From contig ML992512.1 in the NCBI GenBank assembly GCA_010093995.1, positions 124,001 to 188,000 of the forward strand: a DNA stretch of 64,000 nucleotides, written 5' to 3'. This stretch comes from Elsinoe ampelina. Lineage: Eukaryota. Positions 61,904 through 64,000 of this stretch are shown here, in pieces. A model generated the notes under the pieces. The model had not been told where the DNA came from and searched no databases. It saw only the letters and a list, made by a program, of their open reading frames with translations. Each line of letters starts with the position of its first letter. Within the stretch, counting starts at the first letter, position 1. A program made the translations under genes and the position numbers.

Positions 61904-63353
61904 TTAGCCGGAACCACCCTTGAAGGCCTTGCCGAACATGAGCAACTGAACCTGGTCGTAGATGGAGAGCACACCGGCACCGGCGACACCACGGAGAATG
62001 TTAGCACCAGCACCCTTGAAGAGAGACTTGACACCCTCAGCGGCGATAATCTGGCGACCGGCATCGAAGGAAGACTTGTACTTGACGGCCTGGAAATAAT
62101 CATTAGCGAGCTGTTCAGCGCAGTGAGTTGTGGTTTTGCACTCACTTCACCAGAGGTCATCATCATGCGACGACGGATAGTGTCCAGAGGGTAAGAAGCG
62201 ATACCAGCACCAGTGGTGACAGTCCAGCCGAGCAAGAAGGAAGCGAGGAAGTTGCCCTCGAGGGAACCGACGAGGACAACAGGCTTGATGGAGTCGTACA
62301 TGCCGAAGTAGAGACCACGGTAGACAACGATACCGGCGACGGAGGGCATGAAACCACGGTAGAGACCGGCGATACCGTCAGAGGCAAGAGTCTTCCTGTA
62401 GACATCGACCAGACCATTGAACTGGCGCTCACCACCACCCTTGGCGGACTTGGCGTCGTTGGCGAGACGAGTACGGGCGTAATCGAGGGAGTAGACGAAG
62501 AGGAGAGAAGTAGCGCCGGCAGCCTGTCAAACGCATTAGATGTGGTGAGCGGTAATTGCGAGATTTGAACTTACACCACCGGAAGCCAAGTTACCCATCA
62601 TCCACTTGGCGTATCCGTCACGCTCCTTCTTGAAAGCGAACATGGACTTGTAGGTGTCACGGAAGGCGAAGTTGAGGGCTTGGGTTGGGAAGTAACGGAT
62701 AACGTTGGCAGTGTTACCTCTCCAGAGAGAGACGATACCCTCGTCGGCAGTGGTGCGCTTGAAGCAGTCGCCAATACCGGCGTACTTGCGGTCGAGACGG
62801 CCAGCCTTCATCATCTCATCCTGTTGGAATGTCAGTACTGCATGATGGGATCTTCCAATGTGATGGACGAACCTGGTTCTGGATAAGGAGCTTGACACGC
62901 TCGATGGGGGCAGCTGCGGTCTTCGAGACAGCGGCGGAGATACCACCCACTGGATACTTGTTAGGCGCCATTTAATCATCACGGTATCCATTGTCCCAAG
63001 CTCTTCCGAAGTGGATAGTCGATATCCAATCCGAATCAACTGCGGGAGCGACATGGTAGTGGGACTTACTCAAGAAGTCAACAACGAAACCCTGGTAGAC
63101 TTGTCAGCGGCTGTGGTCAAAGATAACGGTTCGGGTGCGCGCGCGAGCGAGCGGAAGGCATTGAAACTTGACAGGAAGCTCAATGATAGCCAATGAAATA
63201 CAGAGAACATTGTTTCGAGTCCAATTGAAGCTCGCGCGAGCGGGCTGCGAGTAACGGACGAATGAAGTGGATGCAGGGTCGGGAAAGAGTGCTTACCGGC
63301 ATGCCCATGAAGGACTTGTCCGCCTGGACGACCTCGCCCTTTTTGCCAGACAT
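61904..63353 (-). CDS. AAC: Mitochondrial ADP/ATP carrier (multi-exon)
   Basis: [48 protein letters not shown], signature [15 protein letters not shown]; ends GKAFKGGSG*. Confidence 0.97.
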
Positions 63354-64000
63354 GATGACGGCTGTGTATGAAGATGGATTGAGAGGAGATTGAATAAAAT
63401 GGGTGGATGGAAGGTGAGTTGTGGTGGTGAAGATGAGGTTCTTGTAAGGAAGCAGACACGGAGCTGGATTTTTTCTACTGGGCGCACGGGCCCGTTTTCA
63501 CGTTATTGGCGCTGGCGAAGGGGACGGGAGTGTTGGGGGATAGCGCCCGAGTGATTTTCGTGGCCAACTTTTGCCTGGGTTCAGCACTGTCTTCTGCCGA
63601 CCCTGAGGTTTTTACTGGCAGAGACCCTTCGGACTGTTGGCAGGACTCCGTGGGCGTGCATGCTGAAGGAGGAGTATCTGTCAGGCGAGGCACCTATAGA
63701 CCTTCGAAGCTCGTCTCGAACTTCTTGAATGACGTCTGTCCCGTACAGCTTTTTCGCTCCGTACTCCTCAGCATCGAGTAGCCTAGCAGACAGTCAATGT
63801 CCTCTAGCTATCGGTGCCTCCGGACTGGAATGGACCAATTGCACCAATAGCCGTCTGCCGCGGTGAGTATAATTTTGCACATCTTCTACGTACTCCATTA
63901 CCCGACTCGTATAATGCTTCTGATCACTGTGGCATTGTTGTCCTTGGGACAAAGCATTTTGAGCCCGCATCGTCTTTCGACGTGATTATCAAGGTCTGTT

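Overview
Fungal (filamentous ascomycete) genomic DNA with two compartments. (1) 1197-34321 is a 33-kb AT-rich, TpA-saturated block of RIP-mutated DNA. It resolves into five nested transposons, each with recognisable termini and a target-site duplication (TSD). An outer Ty1/copia element A (minus strand, TSD GCGGC) contains a chromodomain Ty3/gypsy B (TSD CCTTA), which contains gypsy C (TSD TATAT). A also contains a hAT DNA transposon E (8-bp TSD), which contains gypsy D (TSD ACTAG, same family as C, opposite orientation). Reversing RIP by eye reveals accessory genes the ORF track cannot show. Both gypsy families carry an antisense 3' gene encoding a six-cysteine, Zn2Cys6-like cluster plus a helical/coiled-coil region (spliced in B). 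C/D Gag has a ~390-aa extension with a duplicated Cys/His module. The hAT carries extra ORF relics upstream of its transposase. (2) The flanks are ordinary intron-containing genes: a Pex24/Pex29-family peroxin, an Mtr-like amino acid permease, EFM7/NNT1, a copper-fist transcription factor, an old yellow enzyme, a secreted isochorismatase-like protein, an Mbp1/Res1-like APSES factor, NDUFB7, a BRCT-WGR protein, trpC, Nup188 and the ADP/ATP carrier. All de-RIPed translations are manual inferences, and no database searches were run.
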